Positions 41,401 through 51,436 of a stretch of DNA of 64,000 nt are shown piece by piece (within the stretch, counting starts at the first letter, position 1; each line of letters begins with the position of its first letter). A program made the translations under genes and the position numbers. The notes beneath the pieces were generated by a model that saw only the letters and a list, made by a program, of their open reading frames with translations, did not search any database and was not told the origin of the DNA. This stretch comes from a virus. The stretch lies in the IMG/VR virus record IMGVR_UViG_3300006141_000001. One strand, given 5' to 3'.

Positions 41401-41586
41401 GAACTTACGCAAAAAACTGAACTTTTAAAAACTGCCATATACATCTGCTTATATGTGCGTAAATCGGGTCTATTTGCCTTCAAAATATTTTACGGTAAAT
41501 TTTATAGCCTGTAATATTCTGACGCAAATTTGCGAGTAATTTTTGCCATATAAGCAGAGATATATGCCTATTTTGCAAATTGGCCA

Positions 41587-42171
41587 TTATGTCAATGGTG
41601 TCACTATTGCTTCTGCAGCAGATAACGCCGCTTCTTTTGAATCCCATTTTAAGCAGTCTCCATCCCTTACCTGCATGTCGCCTATATATGCATACCAGTG
41701 CTGGCCACCATTGAATTGTTTGATACGGATATCCTCCTTCTTAAAATCTGGGAAAACAAGGCTCTTCCTTCTACAGAACTGTACTGTTTCGATCCCGAAT
41801 GTATGCCCGCCAACCTGGTTGATAAAGACAGCACCATATTCCCGGATCGTGTCAAGTTCTGCTTTTCCTGTATCCATATTTAACAAACGAAATCCGTCTA
41901 TTATAGTCCCTTCTATTTGCTCTGCTAATATGATTGCAGATTGGAGGTATTTATAATCTCTACTTTCCATTAACTTAATTCGCTCCTGTAATGCGATGCC
42001 GTCAAGCAGGTCGTACCATTCTTTCCCGTCTTGCCTTAATTTCATGTATAGTCTTATTGCGCCCTCATACCTGTTTTCTGTCTGTTTATGGTAATCTATA
42101 ACCTGTTCTGGCTCTGTCAGTTTAAGCCACCATGCTTCGCTGTCATAGACAAAAAGATATTCATTTTCCAT
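41587..42171 (-). CDS. hypothetical protein
   Basis: 194-aa ORF with AGGAG RBS. Confidence 0.7.
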   Translation of the reverse strand: MENEYLFVYDSEAWWLKLTEPEQVIDYHKQTENRYEGAIRLYMKLRQDGKEWYDLLDGIALQERIKLMESRDYKYLQSAIILAEQIEGTIIDGFRLLNMDTGKAELDTIREYGAVFINQVGGHTFGIETVQFCRRKSLVFPDFKKEDIRIKQFNGGQHWYAYIGDMQVRDGDCLKWDSKEAALSAAEAIVTPLT

Positions 42172-42193
42172 TTTCTTTGGCTCCTTTCGTCAT

Positions 42194-42394
42194 TTAAGAA
42201 TGGAAGTATCTTCCAACCTCATCAACAAACTTGCTTGACTCCTCGTCTGAGAACCTGGTGAATTTTACCATGGAACAATAAAGTTCGTGTTTTGTCCTGT
42301 TTAATATCTTTCTTGTTTCTTCTGGGAACGGATAATCTTTATCATATAAGCCCGTATTATTTTCGGTTACTGTTTTCATCCTCTTTTTGGCCAC
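42194..42394 (-). CDS. hypothetical protein
   Basis: 66-aa ORF co-oriented with neighbour. Confidence 0.45.
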   Translation of the reverse strand: MAKKRMKTVTENNTGLYDKDYPFPEETRKILNRTKHELYCSMVKFTRFSDEESSKFVDEVGRYFHS

Positions 42395-42519
42395 CTTTCG
42401 CTTAATTATTTCTTAGTTTAAATTATTAATTTTTACCAGATTATTCTTAAGGATTTCTTTACAAATATTTTACATTTTTACCTGGGTTTTAGCATACGTG
42501 AAAATATCCTCCCGGTTTG

Positions 42520-42779
42520 TACCCTAATTTTTACCCTAATTGTTTCGATTTCAAACGGTCTGGAACGGTCTAAAACGACCCGGAACATACCACACGCAAT
42601 TAATACAAAAAAGCTACATCCACTGTATCATCAGGGTCTGTAGCATTTTCGTAGGGTTGGGCTATTCTATTTTAGCCAACAGCTCGTAGGGGAATCGAAA
42701 ATGTACGCTGCCACGAAAAACCGCCTATTTATGCGGTATTGCAATGCCGTTAGCCCAGATTACCCTAAAATTACCCTAA
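42520..42779. other. attP site: tRNA 3'-end core (42680-42699) flanked by arm-type repeats
   Basis: Minus strand TTCGATTCCCCTACGAGCTG is a T-arm/acceptor fragment (tRNA-Glu-like); TACCCTAA pairs at 42520/42532 and 42761/42772; next to the integrase 3' end. Confidence 0.78.
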
Positions 42780-42806
42780 TGCTTGAAAAAGACAGAAATG
42801 GCCGAC

Positions 42807-43979
42807 TCATATCATATCTACATACTTTTTCACGTCTGTCACATGCATCAAGTCCATAGCCTCGGCTTTCATCTCATTAATAATGTGGATATACCTGTCA
42901 TATGTGAACTGTACTGTACTATGCCCAAGGATTTCACTTATAACTTTTATGTCGACTCCTTTTCGGATCATGACCGATCCAAATGTATGCCTTAAGGCAT
43001 GTAGCCCTTTATATTCTATGTGGTTCTCCTCGCATATCCTTGAGAAGGTTTGCTCAAGCACCCTGACTAGCATCGGCTTCCCTTCCTTTGTCGATATGAC
43101 GTAATCTGACCCTGTGCATGTTTCCGCCTGCCTTTTCTTCAACTCTTTTAATATGAAGTAAGCCGTCTCATTCATCGGGATACACCTATTGCTTTTTTTG
43201 GTCTTGGCAGTTGTTATTACGTGTACATTTTTGGTGCTTTCATCAAATCTGCCCCTGTTCTTTATTGTAGATACAGTCTTGTTTATCCTTATGACACGTT
43301 TCTCAAAGTCAATATCAGTCCATCTCATGGCAGCAAGTTCCCCAACTCTCATGCCTGTGTTCAGCAATAATATATAGGCTGGTGCATAGCGATACCTGTT
43401 CGTGTTCCTCGTACTTGTCCCATAATATCCCATACATGCCTTGGTCATCTTATGAATCTCGTCCTGTAAGTATATCTTCGGGATATCTGCATCCTCATTC
43501 GTTCCAACCAGATTGTTTTTCCTTGGCATCGCCACGAAATCCAATGGGTTGAATGCCATCTTCTTTTCTATGACAGCGCGTTTTATCGCTGGGTTTATTA
43601 TTTCAATGATTTTCTTTAGTGTTGATTCAGAGTATTTTGAGGCAGTGTCATCTATAAAATATTGTATGTCATCTATTGTTATATCTTTTAGTCTTTTCTG
43701 GGAGATTGCGGATCCACAGATCTGGTTTTGGTATACCCTCTCAAGTATGTCATATGACGAATCCTTTATTTTTCCATATTTGTATGTTGTAAGCCAATTC
43801 TCAATATAATTTGAGAATATTTCTTTAGAGTATTCTACTCCTGCCAAATTTTTCCTGTATTCCCTCAGTTTCTTCCTGGCCTCAGCTTCGTTCTTCCCAT
43901 AAAACGACTTCTGCTCCCCCCCAATCATTACCCTCAGTTCTGTCCTGCCATTCTTTACCCTTAAACTTCCTTCTTTCAT
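42807..43979 (-). CDS. int: tyrosine recombinase / integrase
   Basis: TGMRVGE, HALRHTF, ILGHS...Y catalytic motifs. Confidence 0.95.
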   Translation of the reverse strand: MKEGSLRVKNGRTELRVMIGGEQKSFYGKNEAEARKKLREYRKNLAGVEYSKEIFSNYIENWLTTYKYGKIKDSSYDILERVYQNQICGSAISQKRLKDITIDDIQYFIDDTASKYSESTLKKIIEIINPAIKRAVIEKKMAFNPLDFVAMPRKNNLVGTNEDADIPKIYLQDEIHKMTKACMGYYGTSTRNTNRYRYAPAYILLLNTGMRVGELAAMRWTDIDFEKRVIRINKTVSTIKNRGRFDESTKNVHVITTAKTKKSNRCIPMNETAYFILKELKKRQAETCTGSDYVISTKEGKPMLVRVLEQTFSRICEENHIEYKGLHALRHTFGSVMIRKGVDIKVISEILGHSTVQFTYDRYIHIINEMKAEAMDLMHVTDVKKYVDMI

Positions 43980-44068
43980 TTGTGTCCTCCTTTATTGTCA
44001 GAAAAAGGAGGGTATTAACACGTATGATATACAGTATAACATCCTCCACATATAACGTCAACTAAAAC

Positions 44069-44251
44069 TTATTCATAAAACAATTCTTCACCTATATTAT
44101 CATTGATCCATTTTTCAACTGCACTTTCAGTTGTAATATAGTCATTCCCTATTTTTACTAATGGGAGTTCCCCAGCCTTCAACAGTTTATTGAATTTCGT
44201 TTTTCCAAAATGAAGCATATCCATCAGTTCTTTCCCAGTGATTATCTCCAT
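44069..44251 (-). CDS. excisionase-like HTH protein
   Basis: ITGKELMDML...KLLKAGELPLVKIG; GGAGG RBS; upstream of integrase. Confidence 0.75.
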   Translation of the reverse strand: MEIITGKELMDMLHFGKTKFNKLLKAGELPLVKIGNDYITTESAVEKWINDNIGEELFYE

Positions 44252-44329
44252 ATGCCACCACCTCCTTTGGATAGCCCTATATCTATAGATTATCCTATGA
44301 TCCATTCCCTTCATTAATATATCCGTGTA

Positions 44330-44686
44330 TTATATTTTCTTAATTCCTAATTTTTTCATTTCTTTCCTTATGCTCTTTTCAATGTCATTCAATATAGGAT
44401 CATAGTTCCCACAATCAACATGGTAGAATGGATAATATTTGTTCCTTTCTCCAAAATTCCTCCATACATCAACCCTGATTTCATTTGACAGTTCGTAATA
44501 ATTAAACTCACAGTCTAAAGTCGCAGTGTCTTTGTAATATATGGCATGGAACCTATATGTATAAACATTGCCATCTTCTTCATTTGAGTAAAATTTGTTC
44601 GGCTTAAACTTATTTTTGTCAAGCCATTCTTTTGTAATCCCTTCTTTAATATATGTAGATTCTGCAATAGCTCCCATAGAAATCAC
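44330..44686 (-). CDS. hypothetical protein
   Basis: ORF in minus-strand operon. Confidence 0.65.
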   Translation of the reverse strand: MISMGAIAESTYIKEGITKEWLDKNKFKPNKFYSNEEDGNVYTYRFHAIYYKDTATLDCEFNYYELSNEIRVDVWRNFGERNKYYPFYHVDCGNYDPILNDIEKSIRKEMKKLGIKKI

Positions 44687-44837
44687 TCCTTTTCAGGTTT
44701 ATAATTATTGCACGTAACACATCGCCCCCAATAATATGATTTTTCTTTGCAGCCGCAATAAACCGTTATTTTTGGCCTGTTTTCTTCATTGATGGGTGAA
44801 TAGATATATTTTTCACATTGGCTTGTTACAATTATAT

Positions 44838-45461
44838 TCATTTTAGCTTCCTTTCCAGATGCCTAATAAAGTTATCCCATTCGCCAATTGAATGTATGTA
44901 GTTCTTACCTTTAAGGCCTTTCAATGCCATATCTGCTTTTATGTCTTCCCAGGTATTCTTTTTAGTGGCTAAGGACTGTATGTATTTTTTTGTTATATGG
45001 CTTAATTCAACCATCCGTTCTAAACCAATTCTGTTTACTATTTCTTTATAAGGCTCCATATCTTCTTCAGATATTTTGTACTCCTTATTTTTAGGTAGGT
45101 TTTTGGAACTGAATGGGCTGATATTTGCGCCAGATGTTTTAGGCATTAAGTATTTTTTTAACTTATCAAAATCTTTGGCTTTAAAACGGAACAGGATTTC
45201 GGAATCGTTTTCTGTGATGTTGGATATGATGCTGTCCCCAAATTCTTCCATGGACGACCTGATAATATTGCGCCCTCTTTTGGCCGATGGTATGTATGCC
45301 TCTAAAATTCCTTTTCCATAATGAAAAACCCTGGTGTTCTTATAACAGTCAATATAACAGTCGATATCTTCATATGTCCCATCCAGCTTTTTAGGGAACA
45401 TGTTAGTAGTCTTATCATATTCACATTTAATCCGATATTTCCCCTTATAATGAGAAAACAA
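44838..45461 (-). CDS. hypothetical phage protein
   Basis: 207-aa ORF; true start possibly ATA at 45473. Confidence 0.7.
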   Translation of the reverse strand: MFSHYKGKYRIKCEYDKTTNMFPKKLDGTYEDIDCYIDCYKNTRVFHYGKGILEAYIPSAKRGRNIIRSSMEEFGDSIISNITENDSEILFRFKAKDFDKLKKYLMPKTSGANISPFSSKNLPKNKEYKISEEDMEPYKEIVNRIGLERMVELSHITKKYIQSLATKKNTWEDIKADMALKGLKGKNYIHSIGEWDNFIRHLERKLK

Positions 45462-45490
45462 GTAGTTTGATATATTCTCACCTTCTTTCT

Positions 45491-45757
45491 TTAATCTTCT
45501 TGCTCTGCTTCATATTCAGTCTTTGGGGCATTTTTCTCGGCATCAAGGACCCTATCCAAAGCAATGCCTCTGTCATAAAATAAAATTGTGCCAATATCCT
45601 GGTAGCCAAATAAGTAAGCATGTTTCTCTCTTTTCTCAATCCCTACGAACCATGTGTCCATGACTGTCCTAATTTTCAATTCGCATATTTCGTATAACCC
45701 TGCACTTGGTAAAATCCGTGCGTAATATAATATATCGTTCTTTTTCAGTGTTTCCAT
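45491..45757 (-). CDS. hypothetical protein
   Basis: 88-aa ORF. Confidence 0.6.
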   Translation of the reverse strand: METLKKNDILYYARILPSAGLYEICELKIRTVMDTWFVGIEKREKHAYLFGYQDIGTILFYDRGIALDRVLDAEKNAPKTEYEAEQED

Positions 45758-45923
45758 AAAATGGCTTCCTTTTATTTAATAAATTTGGGTTTATGTATTG
45801 CAAAATGTAAGAATGTATGTTATAGTGTATATATGTTTTAGCACCCTTTCCCCCGTAAGGGGGCTTACGGCTGCTTTGGATAAACACCATTGCAGCCATT
45901 TTAAATTCCTGTCCGTCCGTTTC

Positions 45924-46559
45924 CTAATCGCACCATAAAACAACGTCTCCTTGTTGTAGGGATTTTTTAACAGCTATTACCCTTTGGTTGCTGCTCCCCC
46001 TCCACTTAAGGGAAACATTCTTTTTAGAGTCTATGTACCTGCCATCTACAAACACATCGCATTGTGATATTATATTTTTTCTTTTCTCAAAGCACTCATA
46101 TGCCATTGCTGTGTAGCCATCAATAATAATTTTTGATTCCTCAAATATCTCCTCCCAGGTATAGCCGGAATAAATCCAGATAGATTTGCCAGCAAATGAA
46201 ATTGGCCTTTCATTGCATTTTGGGGCTTCGGAAACCAGTTGTTTTCTTGGGTTTTCTGAACTGGGTGTTTGGAAATTATGCGGATTTTTTATTTCTGTGA
46301 CCAAATCAAGCACAGGATCGAGATTCCATGGTGCAAGAGGATCTCCCCCGCTTAAAGTCAGCCCAGATATATGGTCTTTGCCCAGTTCATTGAGCAGTTC
46401 TTCTTTTGCTTCCTCATCAAACCTGATTCCACCATCTGGATCCCATGTCTGAGGGTTCTGGCAATTTTTGCATTTATGGGTACATCCTGAAAGCCACAAA
46501 ACGACCCTCAGTCCGTCACCATTATTCATGTCAGGATATGTAATGTTATGGTAGTTGAT
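45924..46559 (-). CDS. nrdG: anaerobic ribonucleotide reductase activase (radical SAM)
   Basis: NYHNI...NGDGLRVVLWLSGCTHKCKNC, GGDP, DGRY, WRGSSNQR; start extended to ATC 46559. Confidence 0.92.
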   Translation of the reverse strand: MNYHNITYPDMNNGDGLRVVLWLSGCTHKCKNCQNPQTWDPDGGIRFDEEAKEELLNELGKDHISGLTLSGGDPLAPWNLDPVLDLVTEIKNPHNFQTPSSENPRKQLVSEAPKCNERPISFAGKSIWIYSGYTWEEIFEESKIIIDGYTAMAYECFEKRKNIISQCDVFVDGRYIDSKKNVSLKWRGSSNQRVIAVKKSLQQGDVVLWCD

Positions 46560-46583
46560 AAAATCACTCCTTAAAATATAGTG

Positions 46584-49500
46584 TTACATTGATTTCCTAT
46601 CTTTTATCTCCGCATTTTTGGCTTCGTTATATCTTGTTTCCCCATGTACCCTAGTAAACCCAAGGTAACCATTCATCCTGTCTATTTTTGTAATCATTTC
46701 ACTTCCGCATTTTGGGCAAACATCCATTTCGACCTGCTGATATCCGCAATCTTCACAATAGCACATGGCGAGATTGACACCTTCATAGAAACCTTTCTCC
46801 ATTGCCCTAAGCACGAGTGTCTTAATTGCTTCTACATTATACCCCAAATTATAACGACAATATTGTATTTTCCCCCCGTTGAAGTATGGCCAGAACCTTT
46901 CTTCTTTGTCCTGCTTCTCAATTGGCGACATATCTTCTGATACATGGCAATGGAAACTATTGCTTACATACGACCTGTCAGAAACATTCTCAATCATCCC
47001 ATACATTTTCCTAAACTGTTCTATTTGCAGTCCGCAGAGCGATTCTGCTGGTGTCCCATAAATGGCATATAGGATATTATCTTCCTCTTTAATTCTGTCT
47101 ACATATTTTTGGATATACTGCATCACCTCCAATGCAAATTCACCGTCTTCACGGATTGATTTTCCGTTATATAGTCTTTGCAATTCGTTCAACGCAGTAA
47201 TTCCAAAGCTTATTGTCATTGGAGGCAAGATTGATTTGATTTTCTCTTCTGGCTTAAGCCTTCCTCCATACAGCCCTCCCTCACAGAATGCAACCGGATT
47301 CACGCTTGCCCGCAATTCTCCAACATAATCGTATGTACGCTTATGCAATCCTCTGATAAGTTCAAGATAATTGTATAATACATCATAGAAATTTTTTGAT
47401 TCTTGTTTTGCTTTCGCAAGAATCATCGGCAAATGCAAAGAAACAACTCCCAGGTTAAACCGCCCCTCAAATACTGGCTTGTCATTCTCATCGAGTGGGT
47501 ACATACCGCCTTTTTCATACCATGGCGAAAGGAATGCTCTACAGTTGTGGCTATATATTCCACTTACTTCAAAGTGTTCGCTATCAGTAGTCACATCATA
47601 ACTATACATTGTTGATTCAACTGGCAAAACCTCAATAACTTCCGCATTTGTATTATAATGGTCTGACACCATCTCTATATAACTATTTCTTTTTTTCAAA
47701 CAAACAATATAATTCAATAGTTCTTCAATAGGATAAAATTCTACCCTATACCTGATTGCATTTGGATTCTTCTTAGTGTAATGATTATGGTACAATTTTG
47801 CTGGCATAGCTAAAGCCTGTGCCAAAGCCATTTGCTGTAATGCCAATTCTTTATTGGTGGAACCAATTTGCACTACAGACCCGCCATGTGAATCTTTATT
47901 AATATATCCGTCTGCATCAATCATTCCTGCCAAAAAAGACAGTTTGCTTTCATAATCCCATGAAAAAACTTCATTTGGAATATGTCTATTGTTTTTATTT
48001 ATTCCTTCAAACTTCTTTGTCAAATAATTGATGGTTCTCTGTAAATTATTATTACAATCTGCAATTGCTGCTAAATCTTTATAAACGCCTTTTTTCCCAC
48101 GTTTTTGGAGTATGGTTTTGCTATCTAAATCAAAATATTTTTTAAACACAGCATGGAAATTTTCTTCAATATCATTCTCTTCCTCAGCAGCTATTGAAGC
48201 AAAAACTTTATTGCCTTGATAGCATCCGTCACATAACAGAAATCCTAATAACCATGCCTTATCCTTATTAAAAACAATATTTTCTTGTGTATATTGAGAT
48301 GAATTAATAAGAATCTGCTCTCCTTTATCAAGTTCGCCTGCTTTTTTGGTAATATTGTCTGTTGTTGTGATAGGATGATCTGATGTGCATAATAATCTTC
48401 TCCCATTTGATAAATGCAAATCTACCCAATTATCTGACATATTCCTTATGATTTTTTTAGTATTTACAAATCCCTTTTCTGTATCATAAATTTCTACATT
48501 TTCTAAATCCATATACTGATGCGGTTGCCCACTGATTTGTTGTTTGGGTTCAAAATAATCTGACAGCCTATTCCACATTCTTTCAAATGATTCCGCGTAT
48601 AGCATACTGTTATATTTATATGTAACAATTTCTTTACCATCAACACAGCCCATGGGACTTACCACTCTTCCATATTTTTTATACATGTCACATACATACC
48701 CATTCCCTGTTAAAGACAGCCAGTCTGGATACATAGTCTTGCTGCTACAGTCAATGCCAGCATTAAACACATCAGCGTTTTGATACCTATCGCTTCCATC
48801 ACCATGCAAATTTTTGTCGTATAAGAATACGATTTTAGGGAACAAAACAGGGCGTTTAAACCCATTTTTACCCTGTCCATTCTTATGTACATTAAGCAAT
48901 GTAATGGCTGCCATTTTACCAAACTTTTCTGTCGATAGCCCTATCGTCATTGTTACAAAAGGATAATCTCCTCTGCTTGATCCGACCGTATTCAACTTGT
49001 ATTCGATTCCCTGCCAGCCTTGCTCAAAGTCACGCCGCACTTTTTTATTCGCATATTTGTTGCGTTCATTTCGGAAATCATGCTCATACTTTGAAATATC
49101 ATAATCCAAATCTGTGCAAATACTATCAAATTCCTCTAGATACTTTTCATACGATTTTTCAGCATATGGTACTAACATCTTGTCAACTTCTGGTATTGTA
49201 AACCCACCGTACTGTTGTGCTGCTGTAGCTAAAATAATATCTCCCATTACACCAAAAGCGGTATTCAAAGAATTTGGCTCATTATACCAAATATTCCCCA
49301 TCTCAAATCCATTTTTCATGACCTCGCCAATCCTAAAAAGGCAGCAGTTAAAAGTATCAAGCCTTGCACTCCTATCATGGATGTAAATATACCCATCTTT
49401 CATTGCCTGCTTTTCATCTAATGTCAAAAAGAATTTCTTATAAAGTTCTCCGTTCAATTCATTAAAAATCAGGCTTCTTTTTGTCGCAACTAAGGCAGAA

Positions 49501-49850
49501 TCTGTATTTGCGTTATTTTTATCACCAATATACCTTATTGTCTGGCTTTTTTCGTATACCTTATCCATCATATGAACAAAGTCTTTTTTATAATTGCGAT
49601 ATTCCTTATACATTTTTGATACAACTGGGTAATGTTCTTCCAGGACAGACTCTACAATATTATGCATATCATAAATTTCTGTGTCCTCTAAATCATTTTC
49701 AACTAACTTATCCCATACCGCATTGCAGATAATTTGGTAGTCATCATTTGTAAGCTTAACCATTGCGCGCCTTGCCGCTTTATTACATGCATTGATTATT
49801 TTTTGCTCATCATATTGTTCTAGTACTCCATCTTTCTTTATTATTCGCAA
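46584..49850 (-). CDS. nrdD: class III anaerobic ribonucleotide reductase with ATP cone and intein
   Basis: IIKKDG ATP cone, NCCL, MG|CR, YGTPAESL, CxxC..CxxC, RMNGYLG glycyl radical motif. Confidence 0.96.
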   Translation of the reverse strand: MRIIKKDGVLEQYDEQKIINACNKAARRAMVKLTNDDYQIICNAVWDKLVENDLEDTEIYDMHNIVESVLEEHYPVVSKMYKEYRNYKKDFVHMMDKVYEKSQTIRYIGDKNNANTDSALVATKRSLIFNELNGELYKKFFLTLDEKQAMKDGYIYIHDRSARLDTFNCCLFRIGEVMKNGFEMGNIWYNEPNSLNTAFGVMGDIILATAAQQYGGFTIPEVDKMLVPYAEKSYEKYLEEFDSICTDLDYDISKYEHDFRNERNKYANKKVRRDFEQGWQGIEYKLNTVGSSRGDYPFVTMTIGLSTEKFGKMAAITLLNVHKNGQGKNGFKRPVLFPKIVFLYDKNLHGDGSDRYQNADVFNAGIDCSSKTMYPDWLSLTGNGYVCDMYKKYGRVVSPMGCVDGKEIVTYKYNSMLYAESFERMWNRLSDYFEPKQQISGQPHQYMDLENVEIYDTEKGFVNTKKIIRNMSDNWVDLHLSNGRRLLCTSDHPITTTDNITKKAGELDKGEQILINSSQYTQENIVFNKDKAWLLGFLLCDGCYQGNKVFASIAAEEENDIEENFHAVFKKYFDLDSKTILQKRGKKGVYKDLAAIADCNNNLQRTINYLTKKFEGINKNNRHIPNEVFSWDYESKLSFLAGMIDADGYINKDSHGGSVVQIGSTNKELALQQMALAQALAMPAKLYHNHYTKKNPNAIRYRVEFYPIEELLNYIVCLKKRNSYIEMVSDHYNTNAEVIEVLPVESTMYSYDVTTDSEHFEVSGIYSHNCRAFLSPWYEKGGMYPLDENDKPVFEGRFNLGVVSLHLPMILAKAKQESKNFYDVLYNYLELIRGLHKRTYDYVGELRASVNPVAFCEGGLYGGRLKPEEKIKSILPPMTISFGITALNELQRLYNGKSIREDGEFALEVMQYIQKYVDRIKEEDNILYAIYGTPAESLCGLQIEQFRKMYGMIENVSDRSYVSNSFHCHVSEDMSPIEKQDKEERFWPYFNGGKIQYCRYNLGYNVEAIKTLVLRAMEKGFYEGVNLAMCYCEDCGYQQVEMDVCPKCGSEMITKIDRMNGYLGFTRVHGETRYNEAKNAEIKDRKSM
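47544..48647 (-). mobile_element. intein (368 aa) with LAGLIDADG endonuclease in NrdD
   Basis: Begins CVDG, ends SHN before CRAFL; TSDH block B; LLGFLLCDG and FLAGMIDADG motifs. Confidence 0.93.
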
Positions 49851-50162
49851 TAATTTATTCCTCCATCATTTTTTAACCTAAGAAACTTATTATTTTTTGT
49901 TTTCATATTTTTACGAATGTATCAAATTGTTTGCAGTTATTACGCATCAATAATATCTGTAAATAAAATTTTTGATATAATCTTAAATTAAGGCCAAGCA
50001 CTGATTCTAAAAAATTAATTTTGTCATTAACATCTTTATTAATACCTTTCATTTTAAACTGCGAAAAAATATATGCAGCACCTGTTGATTTTCCAGAACC
50101 TGGGACTCCAAATAAATTAACTGCTATAATTTTTCCTCCTACTTTTTATCATATTTTTTTAA

Positions 50163-50399
50163 TCAGTTATAAGCACCAATATTCTTTATTTCTTCGTAAA
50201 AACATTCTATTTTTTTACCATCATCTGTATTTGGTTTTATGCCAACAACATTCCCCAATAAAGAAGCAACTCCTAATACACTACAGCCATCAATCGTATA
50301 TCTTCCATATGTCACGTCAATATCCATCTTATCCCTGTAAGTGTCGCAAATTTTACATAAGTCTTTTACAGTATCTAACGTTTCAAGATATAAGAGCAT
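50163..50399 (-). CDS. HPr-like (PTS phosphocarrier fold) protein
   Basis: DIDV..GRYTIDGCSVLGVASL resembles the HPr Ser46 region. Confidence 0.65.
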   Translation of the reverse strand: MLLYLETLDTVKDLCKICDTYRDKMDIDVTYGRYTIDGCSVLGVASLLGNVVGIKPNTDDGKKIECFYEEIKNIGAYN

Positions 50400-50437
50400 C
50401 CCATCATCCTTTCTTTTTATAATATTCTCGTGCTTGT

Positions 50438-50875
50438 TTATGTAAGATAAAAATTCTTTACATATTCTATCATCTCATTGATATCAGAAAAAATCCTATT
50501 GCACATTTCTATTTGCCACGGATGTAGATTCTGGCTATTCTCGTCTAATCCAATAATGTCAATGCCTCTGTCATATGCTATTGCTAATTCAGCCATTGTG
50601 CCTAAAGAGTACATATCATTAAAGTTTACAATTATTAGTTTTGAATCTTTCACCCTTCTTATATCAAAATTCATAACTTCCCTTTCACTTTTATATCGTG
50701 GCGGGCTATCTTTAAAATTGAAATAATCATTCGGATTGGTGACATAAGCCTTATATTTACTTTCAAAATTCTCTAAACAATGTTTACACTGAATGCGCCA
50801 TTTATTTGCTTTATCAAATTCATTCTTTCCAAATTTCCCCATTCCTCCGCATAGATAAATTTTAAATGTTTCCAT
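50438..50875 (-). CDS. nucleoside 2-deoxyribosyltransferase-like protein
   Basis: IYLCGGM...WR...D...SLGTMAELAIAY. Confidence 0.75.
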   Translation of the reverse strand: METFKIYLCGGMGKFGKNEFDKANKWRIQCKHCLENFESKYKAYVTNPNDYFNFKDSPPRYKSEREVMNFDIRRVKDSKLIIVNFNDMYSLGTMAELAIAYDRGIDIIGLDENSQNLHPWQIEMCNRIFSDINEMIEYVKNFYLT

Positions 50876-50876
50876 T

Positions 50877-51434
50877 TTATTTCTCCTTTATTGCTTTTTT
50901 GTATATACATAGAATCATTTCTGCTAAAACTCTTGGTTTGATATTTATCCCATCATTTCTGATTACAAAATCAACGTCATTATTGAAAATTTCACGAAAT
51001 ATTTGGGTATCATCTTTTAGCCGTCTTTTTATTTCTGTTATGTTATCTCCGCGCTGCTTAATTCTTTCAAAAATTGTATCCTCACTAACTAATATGAAAA
51101 ACGATATTGGATTTAACGATTCCATCTTTTTTAATTTCTTTAATGCATATGGGCTTGCGACCATAACTTTATCTTCTATTAAATCTTTCATTGCTGTACC
51201 ATAATACCAGGTATCACCAGATGCAACATTGTATGATGTGGTTTCTATAAAAAAATTATTTTTTTCTTTTTCCTTAAATTCATCTTTTGTAATAAAGTGG
51301 TATGCTGTATTATTAGTTTCATTTTTCCTAGGAGGACGGGTAGTGTATGGAATCACCTTGCCAATCCCCATGTTTGTTAATTCGTTCTGGATTGTGTCTT
51401 TGCCAGAACATGGCTTGCCAACAAGTAAAATCAT
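50877..51434 (-). CDS. gmk: guanylate kinase-like nucleotide kinase
   Basis: GKPCSGKDT P-loop, YTTRPPR, YHF, YYGT. Confidence 0.85.
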   Translation of the reverse strand: MILLVGKPCSGKDTIQNELTNMGIGKVIPYTTRPPRKNETNNTAYHFITKDEFKEKEKNNFFIETTSYNVASGDTWYYGTAMKDLIEDKVMVASPYALKKLKKMESLNPISFFILVSEDTIFERIKQRGDNITEIKRRLKDDTQIFREIFNNDVDFVIRNDGINIKPRVLAEMILCIYKKAIKEK

Positions 51435-51436
51435 TT

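Noticed and set aside
42680-42699. Complete tRNA gene
   Set aside because: Only the T-loop and acceptor 3' strand are present; interpreted as the att core
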